NCBI GenBank assembly: GCA_044892505.1
Contig: CM097882.1
Coordinates: forward strand, 348,564,001-348,628,000
DNA from: Schmidtea nova
Taxonomy: Eukaryota
DNA: 64,000 nt
Direction: 5' to 3'
Positions 36,661 through 51,049 of the stretch are shown here, piece after piece. The notes under the pieces are model-generated. The model did not search any database. It had not been told where the DNA came from and saw only the letters and a list, made by a program, of their open reading frames with translations. The position numbers and the translations under genes were made by a program. The stretch's first letter is position 1. Each line of letters opens with the position of its first letter.

Positions 36661-39034
36661 TATATCACATTAAATTTAACCCCCCCCCCCAAAAAAAAAA
36701 TTTACTTTATCATAAACTATTTAACTTGTCGAAATTACCCTTCATTTTATCACATGAATTGATATCAAGCCAAATTATAAGCTAAGAGAAACATGAGTAA
36801 ACAGAACTAAGGCGTTAACGATCAAGAAAAATTACATGGGTCACAATAAAAGAGTTTTGAAAAATATTTAAATTGTCGGTTTGTTTCTCCGAACACCCAA
36901 GTTGGGCCTGGGATTCACGGGCCTATAGCGTCCCCTTAGTTTAATTTAACTCCCCCTAAAGGGGCGGTGTTGCCCATTTTGGGAACCATTTGTTTAAATA
37001 ATAATGAATTAAATAATTAATGAAAACATTTTTTGGATTTTTAACAAATTTTATATTTGGATTAGTAGTTATGGAAAAATTAAATTGAAATGTCATTGAA
37101 ACTCATCACGACAAAGGGAACTAGTGAACAAAAGTTTTATAAGAAATACTTTCGAAAACTTTTTAACTCTTAAACAAGATCTTAAACAAAGTAAAATAAC
37201 CCAACAGTATTAACATTGATTATTATTAACCAAGTGTGCGGTACAGTATGGCTTTGAATGCGGTCCAACAAAATTCATTTACTTTCTCAATTAACTTTAT
37301 AAACTATTTCATTCCAGGGAAGCTGATAGATTGGATACCCTAGTTTAAAACTATCAATTAACAAAAATTTTTTTTCTCTAGAAGACTAAATTAATAAATT
37401 TTAATTAAATTACAAATTTATCAGTTCACTTAAAAATATCGTTTTGAAATTATACGTCTACCATATTACGCTTTTCTGTTTCTGTTTGCTCGTAGAAATA
37501 ATACATAGTTTATGCTAATGGGTTTAACCAGATAGACTATTAAACAACTTTAAACACTGTAAAAGTATGATCTAAAATCTTTAGATTATACTTTTACAAT
37601 ATTTATAATTTAAAAACTTTTTTACTTAAATGTAATTTTCAAATAAATATTATTGACATAACACTGCTAGGCTTAAATGTGCAAAAAATTATGCACATTT
37701 AATTTTTTTAATTTTTGGGAATTTAAGTAATTGAGAAAGAGTATTTTAAATTTTAAAATTTAATTTTCTGAAATTCTTTATAAACATAGATATGTCAATA
37801 AAATTATTTAGTATTATTATTTAATTATTTAGTTTTTATTTAGTTATTTACTTTATTATTAATTTTATTTTTTCAAATACTAATTTTAAAGATAAAGTAA
37901 CTAATATATTACAACAATGTAATAAATATAAAAAATTTAAAACTTTCTTCACTATGATAAATCTTTAAATATGGTACAGCAATTCTATGACTTTTCATAC
38001 CAGGTGATCCATATAATGAATAGTTCATCCGATTAATGAATTTATTATTTAATAAATATTCTATAATAAATTAATTGTATATAAACAATAATTAACTATT
38101 TAAAAGTTCTGAGCAAATGCCATAACATAAAAAACGAAATAAACGTACTTCGAGTACACCAAAATTAGAAGTCGATGACTCCTAAGCAAGGGAAATAATT
38201 ATAGCTCAGTGATATTTTATATTCCAATCCGAAATCAACAAGAATCTGTTAGTGATAATCACATAAACCACACACATAATTTGAAGGCTGAAATCACGGA
38301 CTTCAGTCACTATTTTATGTAATCATCCTTTAATGTGGTTGCTGGTTGAAGGGTTGAAGGGACAGATTATCAAAAACAAAAGTCAGCATTCATATTGGAA
38401 TCCAGGGAATTGGTGTCAATATATGCCTTGGTCTATAGAGTCAAGCATGCTGTTGCAGAATACGGATATATCGCGCAATTGCACATTTATCTTACAATAA
38501 TTTACTAGTATTATTAATGATTATAACAAACTTAATTATAGACTAAGTAGTGAGATGTATCTCCACTAACGCACACTTTTGCTCTCCCTTACCACTTATT
38601 AAAAGACAGTAGATAATAGATATTTTTATTAATAACTTTTATTGGTTATTTATTTGTAAATTAATTACCTATTTATTATTATTTATTTAAGTCTATTTAA
38701 TATTTTAATTATTATTTATTTATTTTTAATTTATTAATTATTTTGTTTTATTAATGTATTTATTTATTTTCATTGTATATCGCTCATACATTATCTTTAT
38801 AAATTTAGAGCATTTTAATAAATAATCAAAACGAAAAAATAATAGGAATATACATTTATTAATTCAATTTGTAATAACAATGAGAGGAACACACAATGAT
38901 GTCAATAATGTCGATAATTTGATCAGCTGGTAGTTGGTGAATGCGAAGATTAGTTCAATGAAGTTTTTGATGTTCATTTTTTTGTAAATATATGATTAAT
39001 AATATTACTAATAAATAATAATCTTATCGTTATC

Positions 39035-39350
39035 TGATATCATATAAAGACCATATATCAGACTTTTGTTCTTTCCCACCCAGAAACTTTAATCATCATT
39101 ATTTATAAAAGCAACTTTAGTCGTTTTAAAACTACATAGTTGTTACCTATTCGAAATTGAGACACCTTAGATATTTCTAATCTATAATAACAATTCAGAT
39201 AAGACTGGTTTTTTATGTCTGTATCTTTCAATGTTAGTCCTTTTGTTTTCATAGATTGCTTGCTTCTCAGGTCTCAAAAATATCCTTTTTTTAACCTTTA
39301 CTTTTATCTTTAAATTTCCCAAAAACAGAGTCTAATTTCTTATTATACAA
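39035..39350 (-). mobile_element. Polinton-type PolB C-terminal fragment
   Basis: SVFGKFKDKSKG and KTKGLTLKDTDIKNQSYLNCY..SQFRIG..NNDD..WVGKNKS, parallel to the 58684-59022 ORF. Confidence 0.7.
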
Positions 39351-42076
39351 TGAATGAGTCGGATCGTAACTTTTTAAATATTTTTATAATGAAAAATAAA
39401 ATTATTAAACAAAATAAGTTAATTATTTTTAATAAAAATATCATTAAGATCTCTTATTTTCACTTTTGATCTTTTCGTTTCTAATTTAGAAATTTTCAAT
39501 TTTTATAAATACTTGATAAAAAAACTTTTAAAGTTAAATGAACTTTCGTCACAGCCATTTTCAAGTTTGTATTTCTTGAAAAATTCTGTACCGAAAATTC
39601 GTAACTTTTAAAAAATTTAGTCTTTATAAAAAATCTAAATAAATAAAGTTCTATTTTAATGTTTTATAATTATTGTTAGATTTGTCTTTTTTATATAAAA
39701 TTAGTGTTGAAAGTGAAATGGATAATAAAAGAAAATATATAAATTTTGTAGAAGATTTTATGAAAATATAAAAATAAAGGATTAAATCTATACATTATTA
39801 GTGCATACAAACTATTGATAAACAAAATATCATATTGCATTCATCGAGGAAAATGAATAAATATAATTTCAAATGAAAACTATCGAATGATTTACCCATG
39901 AGAAATCAATGAAGTGCGTCTCTGTGATTGCAGGCGTATTATTCACTAAATATTCTCGGAGCTCGTCAATCGATTGATTTCATATACAACCTGATCATAA
40001 AATTCATAGAATTAAATCGTAGAATAGTTAAATGTGTCCTTAAATTGCCAGAAGCGGACAATTAATTATTTTATTGCATTATAAATCAAATAGATTATTA
40101 TAGAACTTTTCTTTGTGTCTTCATCTTCTTTTCGGTCTAATACAATTACGACTTATAGAAAATTTAATTATAGTAAATGCTGTTTTATTTGAACAAAATC
40201 CTTCTTCATTTCTCTAGATAATTAATTAATTCTTATATATATATATATATAACTAAAATTAACTACAATAATTTTTTACATCAAAAATGAAAAGGTTAAA
40301 TTGTAAAATAAATTAACGTATTAATAAATACTTGAAAAACCTTTGCAGAAAACTCAAGTTAATTAAAAAACTCAAAATAAATAAAGTCAAGTCAAAATAA
40401 ACTAATAATTAAATGAAAACAGATCAAGAGTGAAAAATTTAGATTTTACTGATATTATAAAAATATTTGCTATTCTTATACAATAAAAATAATAATAATG
40501 ATGATGGACTGACATAAGTGGAATTTATCATTTGTTTAAATACATCGAAAATACACAAACAACCATAAGAAGTTAATTTAAAATATACTGTAAAATCGAA
40601 GAACTCAAAAATTGAATAGCATTTGGAAATAAATAAATACGAATAAATAAATCATTTAAACGTAAGAGGCTACAAGTACCAACATAGGAAGTATGTAAAC
40701 CAACATTCCTTAATTTTGACAAGATAAAGAAAAGGAAAAGAAGGAGAACACAATTTGATTCACAATTTGAAAGACAGCAAGCAAATCAATGGGAAAAGAT
40801 CATTGCTCGTATTAACATACGAAATAACATGATCAAAGTATGAAACTAATACCAATATATCGAAAGATCCTATCTAAATATCATTAAATGACAGAAATAG
40901 AATAATAAAAAAGTAAATTCGATTGTTTAAAACAATTATTTAATGGGCGATAACACCTAACACGATAGTGTGATGAATACGCACATTGTGCTAGTTCGGT
41001 TAAATAGAAATAATTGGAAATAAATAAAATAAATAGATATTAAAATTAACACAAAGCCAAAGATGTCTAAAAACAATAAATTCATGTTTAGGTATGCGCT
41101 ACCAAATCTAAAATTTTGCACACCCGATATGAAAACCGACAGCAAAATGAGTGGGTAGCACATAAAATTTAGTAAAATATGTCACTGAAATAATTAATTT
41201 AACTTTCACCATTCAACTTTCCTTATTAAGTGGAACGCTGCGCAAATTTTAATTTAAATATTATTCATTTTAAGGAAGAATTTTGTGTATTTTAATATTG
41301 TGTAAAAGTAATTGGAAGTTAATTTTGCAATAAATATTAGTAATCTGTTTTTCTTTTTTTCTTTATGATAATGCTTTAGGTCAGCGATTATCAAATATTT
41401 TGGAGCCAACGCCCTATTGGTTCTAAAAATCTTTCATCAAAGCTCTCTACAAACGTAATCAGAATTCCGGACTGCTTGACTCAGTCATGAATATAAAAAA
41501 TAATTATAAAACAATAACTTGTATCACATTAATTTATTAAAGTATTAGAGTGATCTTTAACTTCGATAAAATGAGACTGTCTGAAAAAAACAATTGGTTT
41601 TATCATCAACCTTTTCAGTTGTCGATTACCCTTCTTATTTTCTCTTATGAATTTATGTCGAACCACTCAGAACAAAAGCGTTAACGATCAAAGAAATTAC
41701 ATGAGTTAAAATAGAAGTCTAAAAGACTTGAATACAAAAAATTTGTATTTTCAAAGATGTGTTATTTATAGCATTTTTTTTTGATAAATACTCGAATTTG
41801 ATTGGCTGACTGGTTACTATTAACAACTAAATTGGTTAAATTACTTTAGATAAAAAATGAACATCAACTACAAGTAATTTTCTCTAAATCAAATGATAAT
41901 ATACTCATTTCATAAAAATCTTAATTTAATGTAATCGAATAAAATCCGCTAGAAACTTGTTCACCAAAAAAGTCATTTTTCATTGTATTTCGCCATTATG
42001 TCATCACTCTGAATAAAATTTTCAATCATAGCATTAACATTATTTTACTTGACTTCCCATTTATAATTCCCAAATC

Positions 42077-42080
<4 letters not shown>

Positions 42081-42151
<71 letters not shown>
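42081..42151. repeat. (TA)n microsatellite
   Basis: Pure TA run. Confidence 0.97.
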
Positions 42152-42153
<2 letters not shown>

Positions 42154-43393
42154 TCAATAAGAAATAGCTCTTTCAATAAAATTTCCCACCTAAATTCTTA
42201 CTTTCAATATATTTTACATTTATAATTTCATTTTAGTAATTATCAGTATTTTACTCTTAAGACATTCCCATCCTAACTGACATTTTCATTATAAATTTTG
42301 TCATTTGGAACAGTTTATCATCAGTTTTATTTTATCCATTTAGATATTTATTTATCACTAGTTCATGATCAATCGTCTTTAAAATCATCCAATAAAACGA
42401 CATTGAGATCTATTCCGGTTGACCTCCATATTCAAAATGGTATAATTCACAGGGCCCAGTTTATCAATTCTTTTAAAAGACATTGACAAAGCTCCCTGCA
42501 TTTGAAATTAAAGTTTATCATTTGATATTAAGTTGATCATTTTAAAATATAAATGAAAAATAACTGGTATTTATAAATATCGGATGAGAGTATGAAGCTT
42601 TTGCAGATAAAAACAATTACAGAAGTGGTTCAGTTAGAAAGGTTCGGATACTGGATATGATTGATTGATATATGAGTGAAAAAATACAGTATAAATCTTT
42701 TGCAGACACAAACCATCACAAAAAGGTTCTGCTACCAAAGTTCTGCTACTAAGGTATTGATACATAGGTTCAATTAAAAAAGTTCTGATACTGATTATAA
42801 TTAGCATTAAAAAATTTAACAAAAATAATTATTGATTTTCCCTTGAAAAAGTTTTTTTTCAGTGAATTATTATTATTATTTATTATTATTATTATTATTA
42901 TTAATATTATTATTATTATTTTTAATATTATTATTACCACGTGGTAATTTTAAAAATCTATTTTTGGAACTTTGAAATTGATTTAAATATTCCTTATGAA
43001 AATTATAAAAGTCGCTTTAAGAAGAAAGATTAATCAATTTTACACAAAGGGCAAATTAGGTATGTGATGCCGTTATGGATGTGGAAATAGTAACTCTTCA
43101 TCGAATCGTGACAGTTTTTATCATGAATCGATGCATTACAGTATTTTGGATATAATCTGCCTATTAAAAGATTTTGTATAAATAATTAATTATCATATAT
43201 TAAAATAAAGTGTGTATCTGAAAACATAAATATCGATAAATAAAAAATAAATAAAAATGGTAAACGAAATCTGATTGGTTAATTTTAAATTATAAAAACA
43301 TATATTATATTATACAGATTTCATTAAAAAATGTATAAACTTAAAAGTAAGTTTAATTAATTTTAAATGATTATTTTTAATATTTTATTCTAG

Positions 43394-43859
43394 GATCTTC
43401 GAACAAAAAGATGTTGAAACAAGAAATAATGAAAATTATTCTTGAAGAAAATTTGATTTCGACAGTGTATTTGATTAGGAATCCGGCAGTTCAATTTCTG
43501 CAATACTCGATGGAATATTTGAAATTTCCAATCATTTATTCATTTAAAGTATATATTTATTTAATTAAAATAATTTCTTTATAGGAACCTGTTAAATTGA
43601 AATAATGCATGTGCAATCTTCAAGAGAGGAAAATTGGAGATATTGATAGAAAAAATATTTCAGAAATTTTGTTAGCAATCAACAAATAAATACAATTTAA
43701 TGAAGCGTTTACCTATATGAATTGCAATAAATATTGTAATTTAAAAAATCCTGATAAAATTTCGATTTATCAAATTAAGATAATGATTCAAGGCTTCAAA
43801 GAATCTAATGATGTAGTCTAACCTGTTTAGAAAATTATCGAAACAAATATAAGTGAATA
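43394..43859 (+). pseudogene. Possible decayed spliced gene with a 36-nt phase-0 intron (43549-43584)
   Basis: TTCTAG acceptor, a 51-codon open exon (SSNKKMLKQEIMKIILEEN...YSFK), a GT..TTTATAG intron, and a second exon in frame but with stops; no family recognised. Confidence 0.3.
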
Positions 43860-44399
43860 AAACCTATTTATCAAATCTTGTCTTTACGTTATAATTTTCT
43901 GTTTTGGTTAATCAAAATTTTTAATAATAATTATTTAATGAGATAAATTTATTAGCAAGTACTTAAAATCGATTAGTTTTTTTATAAAAAATAATTAATT
44001 TTTATTATGATAATTATTCTAAATTGATTTTGTTTTAATAATTGATTATATGTTTAAAATTAAAATGAATTTTCTTTTATAATTCCAGGGCAACAGTATT
44101 TAATTCGGAATTTAATATTTTCGTATTTACAAAATTCCAAATTAAAACTTTCAGTGTTACGTCGTCAATTACTTAATAAATAAAGTATTATATAATGATT
44201 ACGTACCATATAAAGTGCTACATAAAATATAAAGTATTATATACTGTTATGGAACATGTAAAGTATTACATAATATATAAAATATTAAGTAATTATCAAG
44301 TAATTGTTATGTCACACATGAGTATTGTTTAATACTATATATTTTTTGAGGGGCGACGGAAAACTGTATGATTATTACGCAATATACATAGTTTAGAAA

Positions 44400-47300
44400 T
44401 AAATGGCTTGTGCCAGACCACTTACTTCTCCCTACTTGTGACAAAGCAAAAGTAAAGATTTAACAAAAATCTTACTGGTACGCTGAGGTGCGTCTGTGAT
44501 GCAAGGCCTAGATTCAGATTTCGGTGTAGTTATTCGTTAAAGTTCAACAATCAAAAGACGAAATAGGAAATTAACTCGCAATTGGTGTCTTCAAACCCTA
44601 CCGAATTGCGAAAACAATGTTAAGGTCTTGACTAATTTACTCACCTTACAAAAAAACTCTCCGCTGCATTTGTTACTGGATATTTCCAACTGAAAATTTT
44701 AATATTTTAAATATTTAAATGGATTTAATACTTAGTGGAAACTTATTGCTAAACTACTCAAACCCGAATCCAGTGTGTCCCACTTTTGAAAATTTATTCA
44801 ATGGAAAGAATAAGAAATTAAAATTTTTTGAGCAGCAACTATTGATAACAAAAGAAAACTGTTGAAAAGGAAGTGAAGAAGTGTCGAAAGATCCTTCCAC
44901 AGTTGTTGGACATAAATAAATTCTTTTTAAAAAAAATTAGCTTTATGAGGTTATTGAGAAAGAAATAACAAAAATCACGATAAATAATAGAGTAAATTAT
45001 TTAGAATTCGCATATTTGTTGGCAAAATATGATCCAGTGCTGAGGGAAAATATTCTCAGAATCAAGTTTGGAAATAAATTAATTAACCTTATATGTCACT
45101 TCCGATCCAAAACGAATTTAAAGGAAATTTGTGAAAGAAAGTAAGAAGCAAAACAATAGAGCAAGCTAAACAATCCAAATGCTATTGTGAATATTCGATA
45201 TTCTTTCTGACATTTCTATAATTAAAATCAAACGAGTCAAGGTATGCGTTACGTAATGATTGATGGAGATAAAAGGAAGAATAAAATGAAGAATAAAATG
45301 AACCAGTTGTCGATTTTATCGAGACAACAAGGTAAAACTGCCGAGAATAATTCGACTATGATTTTGGATAAATTAGAAAATGTCGGGCTTGATATTAACA
45401 TTGCAGAAGATAAGTACATTACAATGATGCTGTGATGGCTTGGAAAGATACTAGTGTTCAAAGACGGATAAAAGAAAATAACAGAAGATCAGAGTTGTTT
45501 GCATGTACTGTTGAGGTCTCTAAACTAAAATTATAAATTAATTTTAAATGAAATTCTAGATGAAAATTGAATGAAACAGGTAGATAGAAAAGTGTGATCA
45601 AGCACAGAACGGATGACCAAGGAAATTATAATGGGAACAGAGTTAGGATAGGGTACAATGAGATTCGAAATACAAAATGTGCAAATTTGAGAAAAAAATG
45701 AATAGATGGTTAATTTATCGAAATTGAATGTGGAAAACGGGACAGATATAGATCAGCCAATGTCAAAGAACATGGTGATTAGGAATGGGTAAAAAATCTT
45801 TAAAAGTGTCGAAAAGCATGCAAATGCATAAAAACAGAAATTCGTTGATTAATTTATTAATTGGATAATGGGAAACCCGAGCAAATGGGAAACCCGAGCG
45901 AATGGAGAACCCGAGTGATGAAGGATAAGGAGAGTGAACAAGGAGAGTAAAGAACAAGGAGAGTAAACAGGATGGGTTTCGGAAGGCCATTATCTCGACA
46001 GCATGAGTAATGGGAATAAACAAAGTTAGTTTTACAAAAGGATAACAGAAGAACGTAATCAATCATTATTATTTCTCAAACGAGATTCAAGAAAACCTAT
46101 TGTCAAAGCATTGTCAGGCAGAGGCGATCTGACCAAAAAACTAATTAATCAAAATGAGTATTCTAGCATATAAGGAAACTCCAAATTGAAAACCATCGGC
46201 CTTTTGCCTCAGTTAGGGAGAAGAAAACGAGATTAGGTTAAAGGTAGCATAGTTAGAAGAAATAGGAAAACAAAAGCTCTTAGCGAAACAATCAATTAAA
46301 AAGACGAGGGAAAAAGAGTAAAGAAATTTATAAGGAGCTAAATCAAGAGAAAACGAAATTATTAAAGAAAATTATTTCAATCCAGAGGATTCTGATATAC
46401 AAGGTGATTATTGTTATAAAGCGCACGAGGTCCAGACATTCCACGGCGGAGCTCGATCGAATAATTAGGACACTGTATTATTGTTATTAATTGTAAGAAA
46501 GATTATATCAATTTAAAACAAATATACTTTAGGAGTGTTATTAGTTATTGCTTTGTTTGAACACGAAGAGTGAGACACCGACAATTATTATCTGATTTAA
46601 TTTAACCCAACAGTATTAATCATATTATGAATTTGTCCGATCTACGCACAGCTTCATTGACACCAATTATGTAACTTTGTATAGAACTCTGGACTGTTTT
46701 TCATATTTCTTTCGTCCTCCACTCATCGGTAGGACATTCTAACTTCGGTGACTTCCAAACATTTCAAATGATTAGTAAAAGCTCAATGTAGTTTGAGGGC
46801 TAAAGCTGTGAATATCTTAAAAGGACTTTTCTCAAATTTTGAAATTTTGAGAAGATTTGACTAATGAAGAAGAAAACACAGATACCAGTTCAAAAGCTTG
46901 CGTTATACTTGCTGTTTTGCCATTCTTTTATTTATTGTGTTTCCTAGACCTATAGGAATCAATTTTTGAAGAAATTAGAGAAACACAGGTTTGCCTTCAA
47001 ACCAAAAAGATAAACATACAACCTTTCTATTTAAAGGCATTTAAGTCATTTTTAATGGGAAAAAAACAGGTTAGTAGACAACGCAATAAAGTATGAGAAA
47101 TAAATTTGTAATGGTCTAAGAGTCGTCATGGAGCATCAGCGTCGATGTAAAAATAAAAAATACATGTTTGATGAAGGATCATATGAAACTGAATAACGAA
47201 GAGAAAGGTGTTTTTCTCTAGATGGGGTGATTCAATAAAATAATATGAGATTTCAATAGCTCTTTGTTCTTTCTGGAAAACACGGATTTCTTGCTTGATC

Positions 47301-47690
47301 TAATCTTTTAAACGAAGATTAGAAATGCCAGTTAAATGATGATTATGATGAAATTGATAAAGAATTCCTTGTTAAAAGAAAAATACAAATGGGTTTCGTC
47401 ACTGCTGCGGCTATGCGAGATAAAACGGACAAATTGAAGGAAGGCCCCCTTGAACTTTTACAGTTTATTCAAAATTCATTTTATTACGAATTTTCTCACA
47501 ATTACTTTAAGTGTGACTAGCTGTGAGAGAAGTTTCTCAAAATTAACATTAATTAAGATCTCGGTAATTTTGTCATACAATAATTAGAAGATTAATTAAC
47601 GGAGGAAGCAAACTTCAATAATGTTATCAAAGACTTTGCTATATAAAAAGCAAGAAAAGTAATCATTATAAATGTAGTAAAGGGTATTGC
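44400..47690 (+). mobile_element. Degenerate hAT transposase (ZMYM1-like), interrupted by a solo LTR
   Basis: NYLEFAYLLAKYDPVLRE..YMSLPIQNEF; FSSSTHR*DIL; VTSCERSFSKLTLIK; KKARKV at the end. Confidence 0.75.
45509..46612 (+). mobile_element. Solo LTR, TGTTG...CAACA, 4-bp TSD GTAC/GTAT
   Basis: Inverted termini, flanking near-duplication, and tandem ATGGGAAACCCGAG motifs at ~45867-45915. Confidence 0.75.
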
Positions 47691-49938
47691 CGTTCACAAA
47701 TAATTGAAAAATCATCAGTTGTTAATTGTCATATTAAATTGATAATATTACTGTGCTTTTTCATTTTTATGCCAATTTTATGCAAATAAGTCTTTTATAA
47801 ATTGTATATTAAATTTCATGTGAATTTAATTAATTGTGAATTAATTTTATTTATTGACCGATCGTGGTAGAAATCCATAATTATTATAATTATGATGTAC
47901 AGGGTAAACCAATAAGTTTTTTCTGGTGCTCATACTCAGCTTTCCAATGCTGTAATGAGTGTATAGGTCTGCAACTTTGTGTGTTTATGCTATATATGTT
48001 GTAGATTTTTAAAATTAAAAAAATCACTTATTAATAATTTTTAACATTGCTATTAACTTTGATATGTCTTACATGGATTAAGCACATTTAATAAATTTCT
48101 TGTTTGACTGAAATACTGTTTGTTTTCATTAGAACACGTCGATTTGAAATGAATTTCGCACGAGAGGATATCCGCAAGTTAATCTACTACAATTGGAAAC
48201 GTGGATTAGTGCCTTCCCAGATTGCAAATGAAATAAATTTGACACTGGGGAAGGACACAACAAATGAGCGCACTTGTCGACGCTGGCTTGCAAACTTCAA
48301 GGAAGGAAACTTTGATGTTGAAGACCAAGAGCGATATGGGAGGCCCTCTCTTGGATTAAGCACATTTAATAAATTTCTTGTTTGACTGAAATACTGTTTG
48401 TTTTCATTAGAACACGTCGATTTGAAATGAATTTCGCACGAGAGGATATCCGCAAGTTAATCTACTACAATTGGAAACGTGGATTAGTGCCTTCCCAGAT
48501 TGCAAATGAAATAAATTTGACACTGGGGAAGGACACAACAAATGAGCGCACTTGTCGACGCTGGCTTGCAAACTTCAAGGAAGGAAACTTTGATGTTGAA
48601 GACAAAGAGCGATATGGGAGGCCCTCTATTGATATCAACGACAAAATTCTAGCTCTTTTTAAGAAGCACAACAGTACTATGGAAATGAGCGTGGAGGCTG
48701 GAGTTTGTCAGCAGACAGTAGGGGATAGTGAGGACTCGAGCACAGTTTTTTCAACTAGCAACGGTTGCTAGGGTAAATACACACATCATTATATTCCTCA
48801 ATGCAGGTGTTGCCAAGGTGAACGTGCACACACATCAATATATATATTCCCTGAGGAGCCTGTTGCCAGGGTAAACACACACACCAATATATTCCTCAAG
48901 GCAGGTATTGCTAAGGTAAGAACACACATTAATATATATATAATTACCGGGTAAGATGTTGCTAGGGTTAATACACACACCAATATATATTCCCCAAGGC
49001 AAGTATTGCTAAAGTAAGCACACAAATCAATATATAATTACCAAGGAAGATGTTGCCAGGGTTAATAAACACATCAATGAATATTCCCCGAAGAACCTGT
49101 TGCTAACGTAAAAAAAACACATTAATCTGTATACCCCGGGGAACCTGTAATTAAGGTAAAAACACACACATACCATTATTATTACTCGCACTAAGTAAGA
49201 CATGATAATATTTTTATTTGAATTGAATGGCATTTTTTGTTTTAATTAAGTGACTAACATTACGAATAGCTGTTCCACATATTTTTACATTGATAACTTT
49301 CGAAATATAATTAAATTTTAGTTCAATGAACTTTGTAATAATAATAATAATAATAATAGTATAAAATGGTGATTCCTTGGTAGCAGCATTAAGTATTAAA
49401 TTAATTAATAAATAAGTAACAAAATAAGCCGTTGCTGCAAAAATAATTTTATTAAGTGAGAAAATTTTCGATTATCAAATAATCCTCGCCAATCTCTAAT
49501 TCGGCAAATAACTGGTATCTTCATTCATTCTGTTGTTTCTTTTTTCGTGATTTCTCTTCCTTTTCATTGGATGTTAATCTGATTAATAAATTTTTTTAAA
49601 TTCTTAATTACTTTTTAAATGTTTTTTTTGGTTAAAAATTTAAAATATAAAATAAAAACTCCAAAATTTTTAAAAATTTCTCTAAATTTCTTTTCGAATA
49701 AATAAATTTATCCTTTTTTTTAAATTAAAAATTTTTAAAATTTTTATTGCCTGCATTCTACATTTTTAATTTTCTAACCCTTAATATTTGATTTTATTTT
49801 TTTATAATTTTACAATTTAATTATATTATGTCTCTTTGAAATGCCCATAAATTCTCTGTACTATCAATTTTCTTTCTCCATTTTTTAATATCTTCCTTTT
49901 ACTTTTATACTTTCTTATTTGTAGAACCACATGTTTTT

Positions 49939-50390
49939 TTAACAAGATAGTAAGTGGGCGATTTCGCTAACTTCCTCTTTAGAGTTAATTTTTGGGTGTT
50001 TGTCTCTAATGAGAATAGCTTCTTTAAGTCTGAGATTTTTCTCGTCGTGTTCGTTTGTCAATATTCTCACTGATATTAATTTTTCCTTATTTTCTGTCTG
50101 ACATTGGTGAAGATGTCTATATACAGATGACTTTCCACCAGAATCAAGATGTTCTTTAATTCTCTGATGCAAAGTCCGAAGGGTGCTTCCGATGTAAATT
50201 TCTTTGCATTTATTACACATGATGCTATAGACAATGTTCTTGCGAAAGCATAATTTCTTTGGTGTTTGGCAATTTTCCATCTTACATGTATTTTCCTTTC
50301 TCGTGTTGTTAGCTAGAGCTTGCCTTAATGTCTTAGATCTATTTGCCAAACGAATCGGAAGGCCAGTGAGATTAAGTTCTTTGAAAGAAC
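49939..50390 (-). mobile_element. Penelope-like element 3' fragment (family A), GIY-YIG endonuclease
   Basis: C..KNIVYSIMCNKCKEIYIGSTLRTLHQRIKEH..LRLKEAILIRDKHPKIN. Confidence 0.9.
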
Positions 50391-50716
50391 TACTTACATA
50401 GGAGAAAAGAACTTTTCGCACCCGACTTAATAGACACACTAAAAACAAAACTAGTAATTATTACGAACACTGGGAGAAAGTACATAAAACAACTCCATCT
50501 ATAGAAGAAACAAAATGCCAGATTCTACAAGAGGGATTCAAAAATTCATTACAAAGATTAGCTTCCGAGACTTTTTTCATAAAAAAATACAAACCGTCCA
50601 TCAACATTCAATTCGCACAAAAAATTAAAATAAATTTTTTCATCCAATAAAATCATTAAAAAATATTAAAAAAATAATTAAGGCTACTATTTATGATTAA
50701 GTTAATATAACGATAG

Positions 50717-50759
50717 AAATACACACTTGATAAAGGCTGTGCCGAAATATTGTGTTATT
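50717..50759 (+). ncRNA. Minimal type I hammerhead ribozyme-like motif (U3-A8 variant)
   Basis: AATAC-ACAC-TTGATAA-A-GGC(tgt)GCC-GAAA-TAT-T-GTGT-TATT: stem I ACAC/GTGT, 3-bp stem II, palindromic ATAT stem III, AUU triplet. Confidence 0.7.
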
Positions 50760-50849
50760 GTTTATAAAAAAAATTTTGATCTATAGTCATTATGAGAATT
50801 ATTGATAATAATAATAAAAAAGATCAAAGGTGAAAAAAGATAATTATGA

Positions 50850-50915
<66 letters not shown>

Positions 50916-51005
50916 CATAATTATCTTTTTTCACCTTTGATCTTTTTTTATTATTATTATCAATAATTCTCATAATGACTATAGATCAAAATTTTTTTTT
51001 ATAAA

Positions 51006-51049
51006 CAATAACACAATATTTCGGCACAGCCTTTATCAAGTGTGTATTT
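51006..51049 (-). ncRNA. Second copy of the minimal hammerhead, in the sense of the family-B Penelope ORF
   Basis: Reverse complement of 50717-50759. Confidence 0.7.

Noticed and set aside
40640-40900. LNVRG motif suggesting a LINE endonuclease
   Set aside because: No supporting downstream APE motifs could be read
48730-49200. Regular 45-51-bp repeats resembling a CRISPR array
   Set aside because: The units are degenerate along their whole length with no unique spacers, they belong to a eukaryotic TIR, and no cas genes are present
49455-49485. TTGATAATCGAAAATTTT on the minus strand (also ~29560), a possible ultra-minimal hammerhead
   Set aside because: No stem II and no stem I pairing in either copy
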